This document shows positions 38,032-45,932 of a DNA stretch of 64,000 nucleotides, piece by piece. The translations under genes were made by a program, and so were the position numbers. The DNA is from Candidatus Marinacidobacterium sp. (GTDB lineage Bacteria; Acidobacteriota; Vicinamibacteria; Marinacidobacterales; Marinacidobacteraceae), in assembly GCA_965220965.1 (NCBI GenBank), contig OZ244852.1:288001-352000 (forward strand). The letters are read 5' to 3'. Under the pieces are notes generated by a model. That model did not search any database. It saw only the letters and a list, made by a program, of their open reading frames with translations, and had not been told where the DNA came from. Within the stretch, counting starts at the first letter, position 1; every line of letters begins with the position of its first letter.

Positions 38032-38805
38032 TCAGCCGAGTCCTCCGTAGCGGCGGATCCGGCGCTGGAAGTCGAGGATGGCTTCGTAGAAGTGGCGGCG
38101 GCGGAAGTCGGGCCAGAGCGTTTCGGTGCTCCAGAACTCGGTGTAGGCGGTCTGGAAGAGCAGGAAATTGGACAGCCGCATCTCGCCGCTCGTCCGGATC
38201 AGAAGGTCCGGGTCCGGGAGACTTGCGGTCGTCAGGTGCGCCGCGAATCCGGCTTCGTCGAGCTCGGGCACGCGTCCCTCCTCGAGCGCCCGCGCCGCGA
38301 ACGCCCGCGCGGCGTCCACGATCTCGGCGCGGCCCCCGTAGTTGAGCGCCACGTTCAGCGACAGCCCGGCGCAGTGCGCGCTCGCCGCCGCCGTCTCCTC
38401 CACCATCTCGCGGACATCGCGGGGAAGTTCGTCAACCCGCCCGATCGCCCGGAACCGGATGGAGTTGGAGATCAGGTTGGCCGCTTCGAGCTGGAGGTAA
38501 GTCTTGACCAGCTCCATGAGCGCCTCGACCTCCTCGGCCGGACGCCGCCAGTTCTCCAGGGAGAAGGCGAACAGGGTCAGGGTGGACAGGCCGAGGCCGG
38601 CGGCGGCCTCCACGATGTCCCGCACCGATTCCACGCCGGCGGTGTGCCCCGCGAGCCGGTCCAGGCGGCGGGACTCGGCCCACCGCCCGTTTCCGTCCAT
38701 GATGACGGCCACATGGAGCGGAAGGCGGGTGCGGTCGATGCGCGCCAGCAGCGAGGGGGCTTCCGCTTCGGGACGGGCTTCCAGGGCGGGGGCGATCGGG
38801 GGCAC
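38032..38805 (-). CDS. uppS: Undecaprenyl diphosphate synthase
   Basis: HVAVIMDGNGRWA, FSLENWRRP, ALNYGGR and DLLIRTSGEMRLSNFLL motifs; start (GTG 38805) inferred. Confidence 0.95.
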   Translation of the reverse strand: MPPIAPALEARPEAEAPSLLARIDRTRLPLHVAVIMDGNGRWAESRRLDRLAGHTAGVESVRDIVEAAAGLGLSTLTLFAFSLENWRRPAEEVEALMELVKTYLQLEAANLISNSIRFRAIGRVDELPRDVREMVEETAAASAHCAGLSLNVALNYGGRAEIVDAARAFAARALEEGRVPELDEAGFAAHLTTASLPDPDLLIRTSGEMRLSNFLLFQTAYTEFWSTETLWPDFRRRHFYEAILDFQRRIRRYGGLG

Positions 38806-38813
38806 GGGCCGTC

Positions 38814-39659
38814 TCACTCTACTGACTGCGGCAGCTCGCCCGGAGCGCCGCGCGCGGACGCTGCGGATCCGGGCGCCGATGCATCCGGGTAAAGCACCCG
38901 GTGGAGCCGGAGCCCGGCGGGCGGCGCCCGGAATCTGGGGCAGGGGTGGTCCGGCGCCTCCAGCATTTCGGCGATCCGGCCCGCGGGCGCCTGCCCGCGT
39001 CCGATGGCCTCCAGCGTCCCGACCATGCGCCGCACCATGTAGCGGAGGAAACCGCTCGCGCTGACTTCCACGACCAGCGCAGGCCCCGATTCGAAGACGC
39101 GGACCGCCGTCACGGTTCGCACCGGGTCCTTCGGACGCTCGTCGGGCGGGGCGTGGAAGAAGGCGCGGAAATCGTGGGTTCCGCGGAAGGCGGCGGCCGC
39201 CGTCTCGAGCGCCGCCCGATCCAGCGGGCGGCCGGTGGCCCAGGCGAACCGGCTCGCCAGCGGGGAAGCGATGGGGCCGGGGATCAGGTGGTAGCGGTAG
39301 GTCTTCGACACCGCGTCGTAGCGGGCGTGGAAGTCCGGCGCCGCCTCGCGGGCGGCCATCACCCGGATGGACGGGGGCAGAAGCCCGTTGAGCGCCGCCC
39401 GGATCCCGTGGGGCGGTATCCGGCGCGGGGCGTCGTAGTGGGCCACCTGCCCTTCGGCGTGGACGCCGGCGTCGGTCCGGCCGGCCGCCAGCAGGGCCGG
39501 CTCCTCCCCGGGCGGCGTCCGGTAGAGCCGGCCCAGCGCCAGCTCCATCCGCTGCTGGACCGTGTCCCGGTCCGGCTGCCGCTGCCAGCCGGCGAAGTCG
39601 GCGCCGTCGTAGGCGAGATCCAGCCGGACGCGGACGACCCCGGAGTCCTTGCGACGCAT
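38814..39659 (-). CDS. truA: tRNA pseudouridine(38-40) synthase
   Basis: AYDGADFAGWQRQ, AGRTDAGVHA, FHARY, GTHDF and GFLRYMVR motifs. Confidence 0.95.
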   Translation of the reverse strand: MRRKDSGVVRVRLDLAYDGADFAGWQRQPDRDTVQQRMELALGRLYRTPPGEEPALLAAGRTDAGVHAEGQVAHYDAPRRIPPHGIRAALNGLLPPSIRVMAAREAAPDFHARYDAVSKTYRYHLIPGPIASPLASRFAWATGRPLDRAALETAAAAFRGTHDFRAFFHAPPDERPKDPVRTVTAVRVFESGPALVVEVSASGFLRYMVRRMVGTLEAIGRGQAPAGRIAEMLEAPDHPCPRFRAPPAGLRLHRVLYPDASAPGSAASARGAPGELPQSVE

Positions 39660-39849
39660 TGCGGAATCTTCTAACGGAATCGGAGCGTCGGCCGGTTCCC
39701 AAGGATCGCGATCAGCCCGCGGGGGGAAACCCGGGGGAGAGCCCGTTCGTATACGTCACGCGTAGAAACTTCCATCGCACCGCGTCTTGTCCACAGCGGA
39801 GTTACCGTCCCCGCCGGGGCGCCCACCGAGCCACCCCAGGAGATTCCTC

Positions 39850-41421
39850 ATGCGCAGCGTTCTTCCGATTCTCGTTCTGGCCCTCTTCGTCGCGCCTGGC
39901 GCTTCGTGGGCGCTCGCGCCTGACGGTCAGGACGGCGCGGACGCCGCCCCGCAGGGCCAGCCCCTGGAGCTGACGCTGGAGGACGCGATCGCGCAGGCGC
40001 TCCAGAACAACCTGAGCGTTCAGATCTCCCGCATGAACCGTCAGTCCCTCGGGCTCGCGCTGTCGGCGGCCCGCCGGGCCTACACGCCGAATCTGCTTCT
40101 GAACACCGACCTCCGGGAAAGCCTTTCTCCGGCCGAGACCCAGCTCGATGGCGCGGACCAGAACGAGAGCGACACGCTCGTCTACAACCTCCAGATCCAG
40201 CAGCAGCTTCCGTTCGGCGCGAACTACTCGGTGGCGTTCAACAACAACCGCTTCGCCACGAACAGCGCCTTCTCCAACTTCAACCCCCGCTACCGGAGCC
40301 TGCTCACCGCGAGCGTGACCCAGCCGCTCCTGCAGAACCGCTCGACCGACACCCAGCGCCGGCAGATCTTCGTCTCCCAGAATGGGGAACGCCAGGCCGG
40401 CCACGACTTCGAGACGGCCGTGCTGGATGTTCTCCGCGATGTGCAGAACGCCTACTGGGATCTGGTCTTCGCCCGCCAAAGCCACGAAGTCGCGGTCCAG
40501 TCGCTGGAGCTCGCGCGGGATCTGCTCCGGAACAACCAGGTGCAGGTCGAAGTCGGCACGATGGCGCCGATCGATGTGCTCCAGGCCGAGGCCGAGGTCG
40601 CCGCGCGCGAGGAGGCGCTGATCCTCGCCGAGGACGCGATCCGGCAGACCGAGGACGCCCTGAAGGTCCTCATCCGCGATCCCGACGCGATGGGGTTCTG
40701 GGACGGTGAGATCGCGCCTGCGGATGCTCCCACCGTGGATGAGTACGAGGTCGACGCCGACGCCGCCACTCAGCTCGCGCTCCAGCGCCGGCCCGAAGTC
40801 CGTTCCCAGCGGGTCCAGCTCGACTCGAACGAGTACGACGTGCGGTTCTTCCGCAACCAGACGATGCCCCAGGTGGATCTCGTCGGGTCGGCTCAGCTCA
40901 CCGGCGTCGGCGGCACGGAACTCGTCCGGGAGGGTTTCTTCGGGCAGACGCTGGAGACGATCCCCGGCGGCTATACCGATGCGCTCCAGCAGCTCGGCGG
41001 GCTCGACTACCGTGACTGGCTGGTCGGCATTGAGTTCAGCTATCCCATCGGGCCCAACGCCGCCCACGCCCAGCACGCCCAGGCACAGGTGGACGTGGAT
41101 CGCCAGCGGCAGACGATCCGCCAGCAGGAACTCGTGATCGCCCAGGAAGTCCGGAACGCGGTGCGGCAGGTCCAGACGAACCGCCGCCGCATCGACGCCA
41201 GCCGCGTCGCCCGCGAGCTGGAGGAGGAGCGCCTCGACGCCGAGCAGAAGAAATTCGAGGTAGGGATGACCACGAGCTACTTCATCGTTCAGGCGCAGCG
41301 TGATCTGGCCCAGGCCCGCGCCAACGAGCTTCAGGCCATCATCGACTACGCGAAGGCGATCGTCGCGGTGGAGCGCGCCCAGGGCACCCTCGCCGAGCGC
41401 TCGAGCGTCACGATCCGCTAG
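39850..41421 (+). CDS. tolC: TolC-family outer-membrane efflux protein
   Basis: Signal peptide, LTLEDAIAQALQNN, TQPLL, AYWDLV, RPEV and KFEVG motifs; two OEP repeats. Confidence 0.88.
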   Translation: MRSVLPILVLALFVAPGASWALAPDGQDGADAAPQGQPLELTLEDAIAQALQNNLSVQISRMNRQSLGLALSAARRAYTPNLLLNTDLRESLSPAETQLDGADQNESDTLVYNLQIQQQLPFGANYSVAFNNNRFATNSAFSNFNPRYRSLLTASVTQPLLQNRSTDTQRRQIFVSQNGERQAGHDFETAVLDVLRDVQNAYWDLVFARQSHEVAVQSLELARDLLRNNQVQVEVGTMAPIDVLQAEAEVAAREEALILAEDAIRQTEDALKVLIRDPDAMGFWDGEIAPADAPTVDEYEVDADAATQLALQRRPEVRSQRVQLDSNEYDVRFFRNQTMPQVDLVGSAQLTGVGGTELVREGFFGQTLETIPGGYTDALQQLGGLDYRDWLVGIEFSYPIGPNAAHAQHAQAQVDVDRQRQTIRQQELVIAQEVRNAVRQVQTNRRRIDASRVARELEEERLDAEQKKFEVGMTTSYFIVQAQRDLAQARANELQAIIDYAKAIVAVERAQGTLAERSSVTIR

Positions 41422-41979
41422 TCGCCCGTCCCGGTGGGGACGGAGTCAGCCGGCCAGATCCCCCCGGCGGCAACTCGAGACGCGTACCCGGACGGCGAAT
41501 GGGGGCATCTGGCCCCCGTGACGCGCGTTGTGATGGCCGCGGTCTACGTCGAAGGCGGAGCCGGGAGGAGGGCCAGTTCTCCCGGTGGGGGCTCGGGAGG
41601 GGGGAACCCCCTCCCGCGATTTGTACCGTTCAATCGAAGCTTGGCGTAGCAAGTTTCGATTGCTGGCCCGAAGGGCGCCGAGGGAACGCTCGCCGAGCGC
41701 TCGAGCGTCACGATCCGCTAGCAGTCCGTCCGCGTGGGGAGGGAGTGACACGGCCAGATCCCCCCGCCGGCAATTCGAGACGCGCACCCGGACGGCGAAC
41801 GGGGGCATCTGGCCCCAGTGACGCGCGTCGTGATGGCCGCGGTGTACGTCGAAGGCAGAGCCTGGGGGAGGGCCAGTTCTCCCGGTGGGGGCTCGGGAGG
41901 GGGGAACCCCCTCCCGCGGTTTGTACCGTTCAATCGAAACTTGGCGTAGCAAGTTTCGATTGCTGGCCCGGAGGGCCAG
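41375..41979 (+). repeat. Tandem direct duplication with exact 300-bp period, containing the tolC 3' end and a multi-hairpin non-coding unit
   Basis: 41381-41670 vs 41681-41970 align without gaps, with 23 differences counted by eye (about 92% identity). Confidence 0.95.
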
Positions 41980-42058
41980 GCGCTGTCCGGGAGGGGCCGC
42001 GAGGGAAGGTGTGGGGAGTGCGCCATGACTTGTCAGTGCGGCCCCTCCCGGACAGCGC
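41980..42058. repeat. Perfect 21-bp inverted repeat whose 37-nt loop contains the TIGR02757 stop codon
   Basis: GCGCTGTCCGGGAGGGGCCGC (41980-42000) / GCGGCCCCTCCCGGACAGCGC (42038-42058). Confidence 0.92.
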
Positions 42059-42992
42059 GTCGCCCCAGAGTGCGTCGCCTCAGGAGCCGGCACAGCTCGC
42101 AGGGCTCGCTGCGGGCGTGCCGGGGACACCCGTCGACGATCCCCAGGCGGCTCAGCGCGAAGTCGTACTTCGTCGGGTCCTCCGGATCGAGCCGGGCGAG
42201 GGCCCGGGTCAGATCCAGCGCCGCCCGCCAGCCGGGAGTCCGGCGCCGGGTCAGCCGGAGGCGGCGCGCGATCCGGAACATGTGGGTGTCCAGCGGGATG
42301 ACCAGGTCCCGCGGATGGAGCGCGCTCCATAGACCCAGATCCAGGCCGTCGCCTGACCGGACCATCCAGCGGAGGAACATCGCCGGCCGCTTGACGGCCG
42401 AGGTCTCCGGACTCGGAAAGAAGTAACGGATCCCGGGCCGGGAACGACCCGCGCCCGTCGGTCGCCCGCCCCGAGGGGCCAGCGACAGCGCCGCGGCCCG
42501 GAAGTTCCCGAGACTCGCGGCGAGGTCGGCCCGGCGCGGGCCAGGCTTGCGGCGCTCCGGGGAGGGGATCCACTCGATCCCGGAGGCGAAGAGCGCCTCG
42601 ATGGAGCCGTGCGCCTCCAGAACGCGCCGCAGGACGAGGCCGAGCTCCACCAGATCGTCGGCGCTCGTCCAGCGGTGACGGAAACCGCCGAGGCGGGACC
42701 GGGCCCGGCCGGTGGTGAGGTCGAGCAGGAACCGGGCCGGGCGCGGGCCGGTCCAGGCGAAGACCGCTTCCAGCGAGGCGCAGACGGCGCGGGCGTTCCC
42801 GAAGGACAGCGCCGCCGAAAGGAACGCCGCCACTTCCTGGTCCTCCGGGCGGGAGAACCGCCGGGGGAACTGGAGTGGGTCCGAACTCAGCGAGTCGGCG
42901 CCGTGGCGGCGATGAACCGCCTCGATGGCCTCCTTCCAGCCGCGAGGCGGTCTCGGGGGCGAGTCATGGCGCAGCGAAGGGCGCCTCACCAT
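42033..42992 (-). CDS. TIGR02757 / DUF2400 family protein (HhH-GPD-like)
   Basis: DPLQFPRRF, SAVKRPAMFLRWMVR, DLGLW, IPLDTH and DPEDPTKYDFAL motifs; start uncertain. Confidence 0.88.
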   Translation of the reverse strand: MVRRPSLRHDSPPRPPRGWKEAIEAVHRRHGADSLSSDPLQFPRRFSRPEDQEVAAFLSAALSFGNARAVCASLEAVFAWTGPRPARFLLDLTTGRARSRLGGFRHRWTSADDLVELGLVLRRVLEAHGSIEALFASGIEWIPSPERRKPGPRRADLAASLGNFRAAALSLAPRGGRPTGAGRSRPGIRYFFPSPETSAVKRPAMFLRWMVRSGDGLDLGLWSALHPRDLVIPLDTHMFRIARRLRLTRRRTPGWRAALDLTRALARLDPEDPTKYDFALSRLGIVDGCPRHARSEPCELCRLLRRRTLGRRAVREGPH

Positions 42993-43071
42993 CCGAGGGG
43001 ATGAACCGGCGCCCTGTTCGGCCGGCGGCGCCTGCCGGTCCGGCTCCGATTCCTCGCCCGCACCGCCTGGC

Positions 43072-44355
43072 TCAACCGGAAAAGACCCGCCGGCCTCCAA
43101 CCCAGGTGGAGACCACGCGGCCGACCAGCTCCCAGCCAGCGAAAGGGGTGTTGCGTCCCAGGCTCCGGAATGCCTTCGGCTGGACAGTGACCGCGCCCTC
43201 CGGGTCGAGCAGGACCAGGTCGGCGGGACTCCCGGGGCTGAGCGTTCCGCCGGGAACGCCCAGGATCTTTCGGGGTCCGACGGCGAGCAGCTCGACGGCG
43301 CGGGAGAGCGGGATCGCGCCGCTGCGCACCAGCCGGTCGAGGACCAGCGGGACCGCGGTCTCGAGGCCGACGATGCCGAACGGAGCGCTCTGGAAGCACA
43401 GGCGCTTTTCGTCTTCGTGATGGGGGGCGTGGTCGGTGGCGATGGCGTCCACCGTCCCGTCGGCGACGGCCTCGACGAGCGCGGCCCGATCCTCCTCGCT
43501 CGCGAGGGGCGGTTTCATCTTGGCCGCCGGGTCGCACTCCGAGGCGGCGGCCTCGGTGAGCGTCAGGTGGTGCGGCGTGACCTCCGCCGTGACCCGGAGC
43601 CCGTCGGCCTTCGCCCTCCGGACCGCCGCCGCCGCCTGCCGGGTCGAGAGATGGGCGATGTGGAGCCGGGACCGGGCCAGGTCGGCGAGCGCGATGTTGC
43701 GCTCCACCGCGATGTACTCCGACGCCGGCGGAATTCCGGGGAGGCCGATCTCCGTCGCCAGCCCGCCCTCGCGCATGACGCCGTCGGCGGTGAGTTCGAG
43801 CGTCTCGCAGTGCTCGATCACCGGGAGATCGAAGAGGCGGGCGTACTCGAGCGCCTTCCGCATGACCGCCGGATCGGAAACCGGGAGGCCGTCGTCGGAG
43901 ACGGCGACCGCGCCGGCGCGCTTCAGCGCGCCGAACTCCGAGATCCGCTCGCCGCTCATGCCCCGGGTGGTCGCCCCGATCGGATAGACGCGCGCGAAGC
44001 CGGCGTCGCGGCCCAGTTGGCGGATATGCGCCGTGACCGAAGCGGTGTCGTTCACCGGATCGGTGTTCGCCATGCAGGCCACCGCGGTGAACCCGCCGGC
44101 GACCGCCGCCGCCGAGCCGGTGGCCACCGTCTCCTTGTATTCCTGCCCCGGCTCGCGCAGGTGGACGTGCATGTCGAAGAACCCCGGGGCCGCCACCAGA
44201 CCGCCCGCATCCACGCGGACATCGCCCGGCTCGCCGGCTTCGGGTCCTACCGCGACAACCTGCCCGCCGGCGAGGCGGAGACCCGTGATCTCGTCGCGTC
44301 CCGCCGCCGGATCCACAACCCGGGCGCCCCGGATCCAGACGGGCGCCTCAGCCAC
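43072..44355 (-). CDS. pyrC: Dihydroorotase
   Basis: DMHVHLREPG, MANTDP, HCE, EVTPHHL and ATDHAPH motifs. Confidence 0.95.
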   Translation of the reverse strand: MAEAPVWIRGARVVDPAAGRDEITGLRLAGGQVVAVGPEAGEPGDVRVDAGGLVAAPGFFDMHVHLREPGQEYKETVATGSAAAVAGGFTAVACMANTDPVNDTASVTAHIRQLGRDAGFARVYPIGATTRGMSGERISEFGALKRAGAVAVSDDGLPVSDPAVMRKALEYARLFDLPVIEHCETLELTADGVMREGGLATEIGLPGIPPASEYIAVERNIALADLARSRLHIAHLSTRQAAAAVRRAKADGLRVTAEVTPHHLTLTEAAASECDPAAKMKPPLASEEDRAALVEAVADGTVDAIATDHAPHHEDEKRLCFQSAPFGIVGLETAVPLVLDRLVRSGAIPLSRAVELLAVGPRKILGVPGGTLSPGSPADLVLLDPEGAVTVQPKAFRSLGRNTPFAGWELVGRVVSTWVGGRRVFSG

Positions 44356-45277
44356 CGGTTCCCCTCCCGACCTGACCGCGCGCGATCTCGGCCAGCACCG
44401 CCATCCGCACCGCGACCCCGTTCTTGACCTGGTCCAGGATCACCGAGGCGTCGCCGTCGGCGACTCCGGACGAGATCTCCACCCCCCGGTTGAGGGGTCC
44501 GGGATGGAGCACGATCGCGCCGTTGGTCCGCGAGAGCCGTTCCCCGGTGAGCGCGAACTGCTCGAAGTACTCCCGTTCCGAGGGAATGAAGGAGGCGTGC
44601 ATCCGCTCGTTCTGGACCCGAAGCACCATGACCGCGTCCGCTCCCTCGAGAGCTTCCTCGACCCTGAGGAAAGGGCGCGCGCCGAGCCGCTCCAGGCCAC
44701 GGGGCATCAGCGTGGGTGGACCCGAACAGCGGACTTCCGCGCCCAGCATCGAGAGCAGTCGGGCGTTCGAGCGGAACACCCGGCTGTGGAGCAGATCGCC
44801 GATGATGGCCACCCGGAGGCGCTCGAAGGGGCCGCGGTGTTCCCGGATGGTGAAGGCGTCGAGGAGCGCCTGCGTCGGGTGCTCCGCCGTGCCGTCGCCG
44901 GCGTTCACGATCGAAGCGCCGGGGAGCTCGCGGGCGAGCGCCGCGGGCGCTCCGGTCTCCGGACTGCGCACCACGAGGATGTCGGGCGCCAGCGAAGTCA
45001 GCGTCTTCGCGGTGTCGAGGAAGGTCTCCCCCTTCCGGAGCGAGGAAGATCGGGGGGCGAACGAGAGGGTGTCGGCGGAGAGCCGCTTGGCCGCGAGCTG
45101 GAACGACGCCTGGGTCCGGGTCGACGGCTCGAGGAAGAGCAGCGTCACCGTGCGGCCCACCAGAATGGGGACCCGGGGCACGGGCTGGTCGGCCACGTCC
45201 CGGAACCGCGGCGCCTCGTCGAGGAGGGCGAGCGCTTCGTCGCGAGTCAGGCCGCGGATGCCGAGCAGGTGCCTCAC
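44348..45277 (-). CDS. pyrB: Aspartate carbamoyltransferase
   Basis: EPSTRT, NAGDG..EHPTQALLD, GDLLHSRV, LRVQNER and HPGPLNRG motifs. Confidence 0.96.
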   Translation of the reverse strand: MRHLLGIRGLTRDEALALLDEAPRFRDVADQPVPRVPILVGRTVTLLFLEPSTRTQASFQLAAKRLSADTLSFAPRSSSLRKGETFLDTAKTLTSLAPDILVVRSPETGAPAALARELPGASIVNAGDGTAEHPTQALLDAFTIREHRGPFERLRVAIIGDLLHSRVFRSNARLLSMLGAEVRCSGPPTLMPRGLERLGARPFLRVEEALEGADAVMVLRVQNERMHASFIPSEREYFEQFALTGERLSRTNGAIVLHPGPLNRGVEISSGVADGDASVILDQVKNGVAVRMAVLAEIARGQVGRGTGG

Positions 45278-45822
45278 GCCGACACTCCGCCGCCCGGGAC
45301 GGTGAAGACGCCGTCCTCCCCGTCCGCTTCCTGCAGCCGGACCCGCACCATCTCGTCCGGCCGGGCCGAGACCTCGAGGCCGACGAAGTCGGGAGCGATC
45401 GGGAGTTCGCGTCCCCCCCGATCCACCATGACGGCGAGCAGCACGCTGCGGGGCCGGCCGAAGTGGCTCAGTGCGGTGAGGGCGGCCCGGACGGTCCGCC
45501 CGGTGAACAGGACGTCATCCACCAGCAGCACGTGGCGCCTTTCCAGCGAAAAGGGAATCCGGGTCTCCCCGACGCGGGGGATGCCGCGGTCGTGAACATC
45601 GTCGCGGTAGAGGTTGATGTCCAGTTCGCCGGAGGGGATTTCCCCGCGGTCGGCGCGGGCCAGCCGGCGAAGGAGACGCGCCGCCAGCGGGACGCCCCGG
45701 CGGCGGATTCCCAGGACGGCGAGCGGCGCGGGCGCCGCGCCGGCGACCCGGTCGCCGAGTTCCCGAAGCGCCGACCGGAACGCCTCTCCCCCGAGAACGG
45801 TGCGTGCGGCGCCGCCGGTCAT
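45274..45822 (-). CDS. pyrR: Bifunctional pyr operon regulator / uracil phosphoribosyltransferase
   Basis: GIRRRGVPLA, LDINLYRDD, LVDDVLFTGRT and VDRGGRELPI motifs. Confidence 0.93.
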   Translation of the reverse strand: MTGGAARTVLGGEAFRSALRELGDRVAGAAPAPLAVLGIRRRGVPLAARLLRRLARADRGEIPSGELDINLYRDDVHDRGIPRVGETRIPFSLERRHVLLVDDVLFTGRTVRAALTALSHFGRPRSVLLAVMVDRGGRELPIAPDFVGLEVSARPDEMVRVRLQEADGEDGVFTVPGGGVSA

Positions 45823-45932
45823 GAGTCTGGGACGGGAATCGGGTTCGAGGGCGCGCGTCGCGTCCGTCCCCGACCCGGGTGTCGCGCCATTCCCGCGGCC
45901 GCGAATCCTATGTCACCCCGCCGGAGGGTCCC

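Noticed and set aside
41375-41979. CRISPR array interpretation of the tandem repeat
   Set aside because: Only two units of about 255 nt, no 25-45-bp repeat/spacer periodicity, and no cas genes in the window.
41434-42573. ORFs across the repeat (41434-41649 +, 41499-42332 +, 41446-42573 -)
   Set aside because: The equivalent + frame in copy 2 has an early TGA, substitutions between the copies are not consistently synonymous, and no recognisable motifs are present.
45823-45932. PyrR-binding attenuator upstream of pyrR
   Set aside because: No recognisable PyrR binding-loop consensus or U-tailed terminator in the 110-nt gap.
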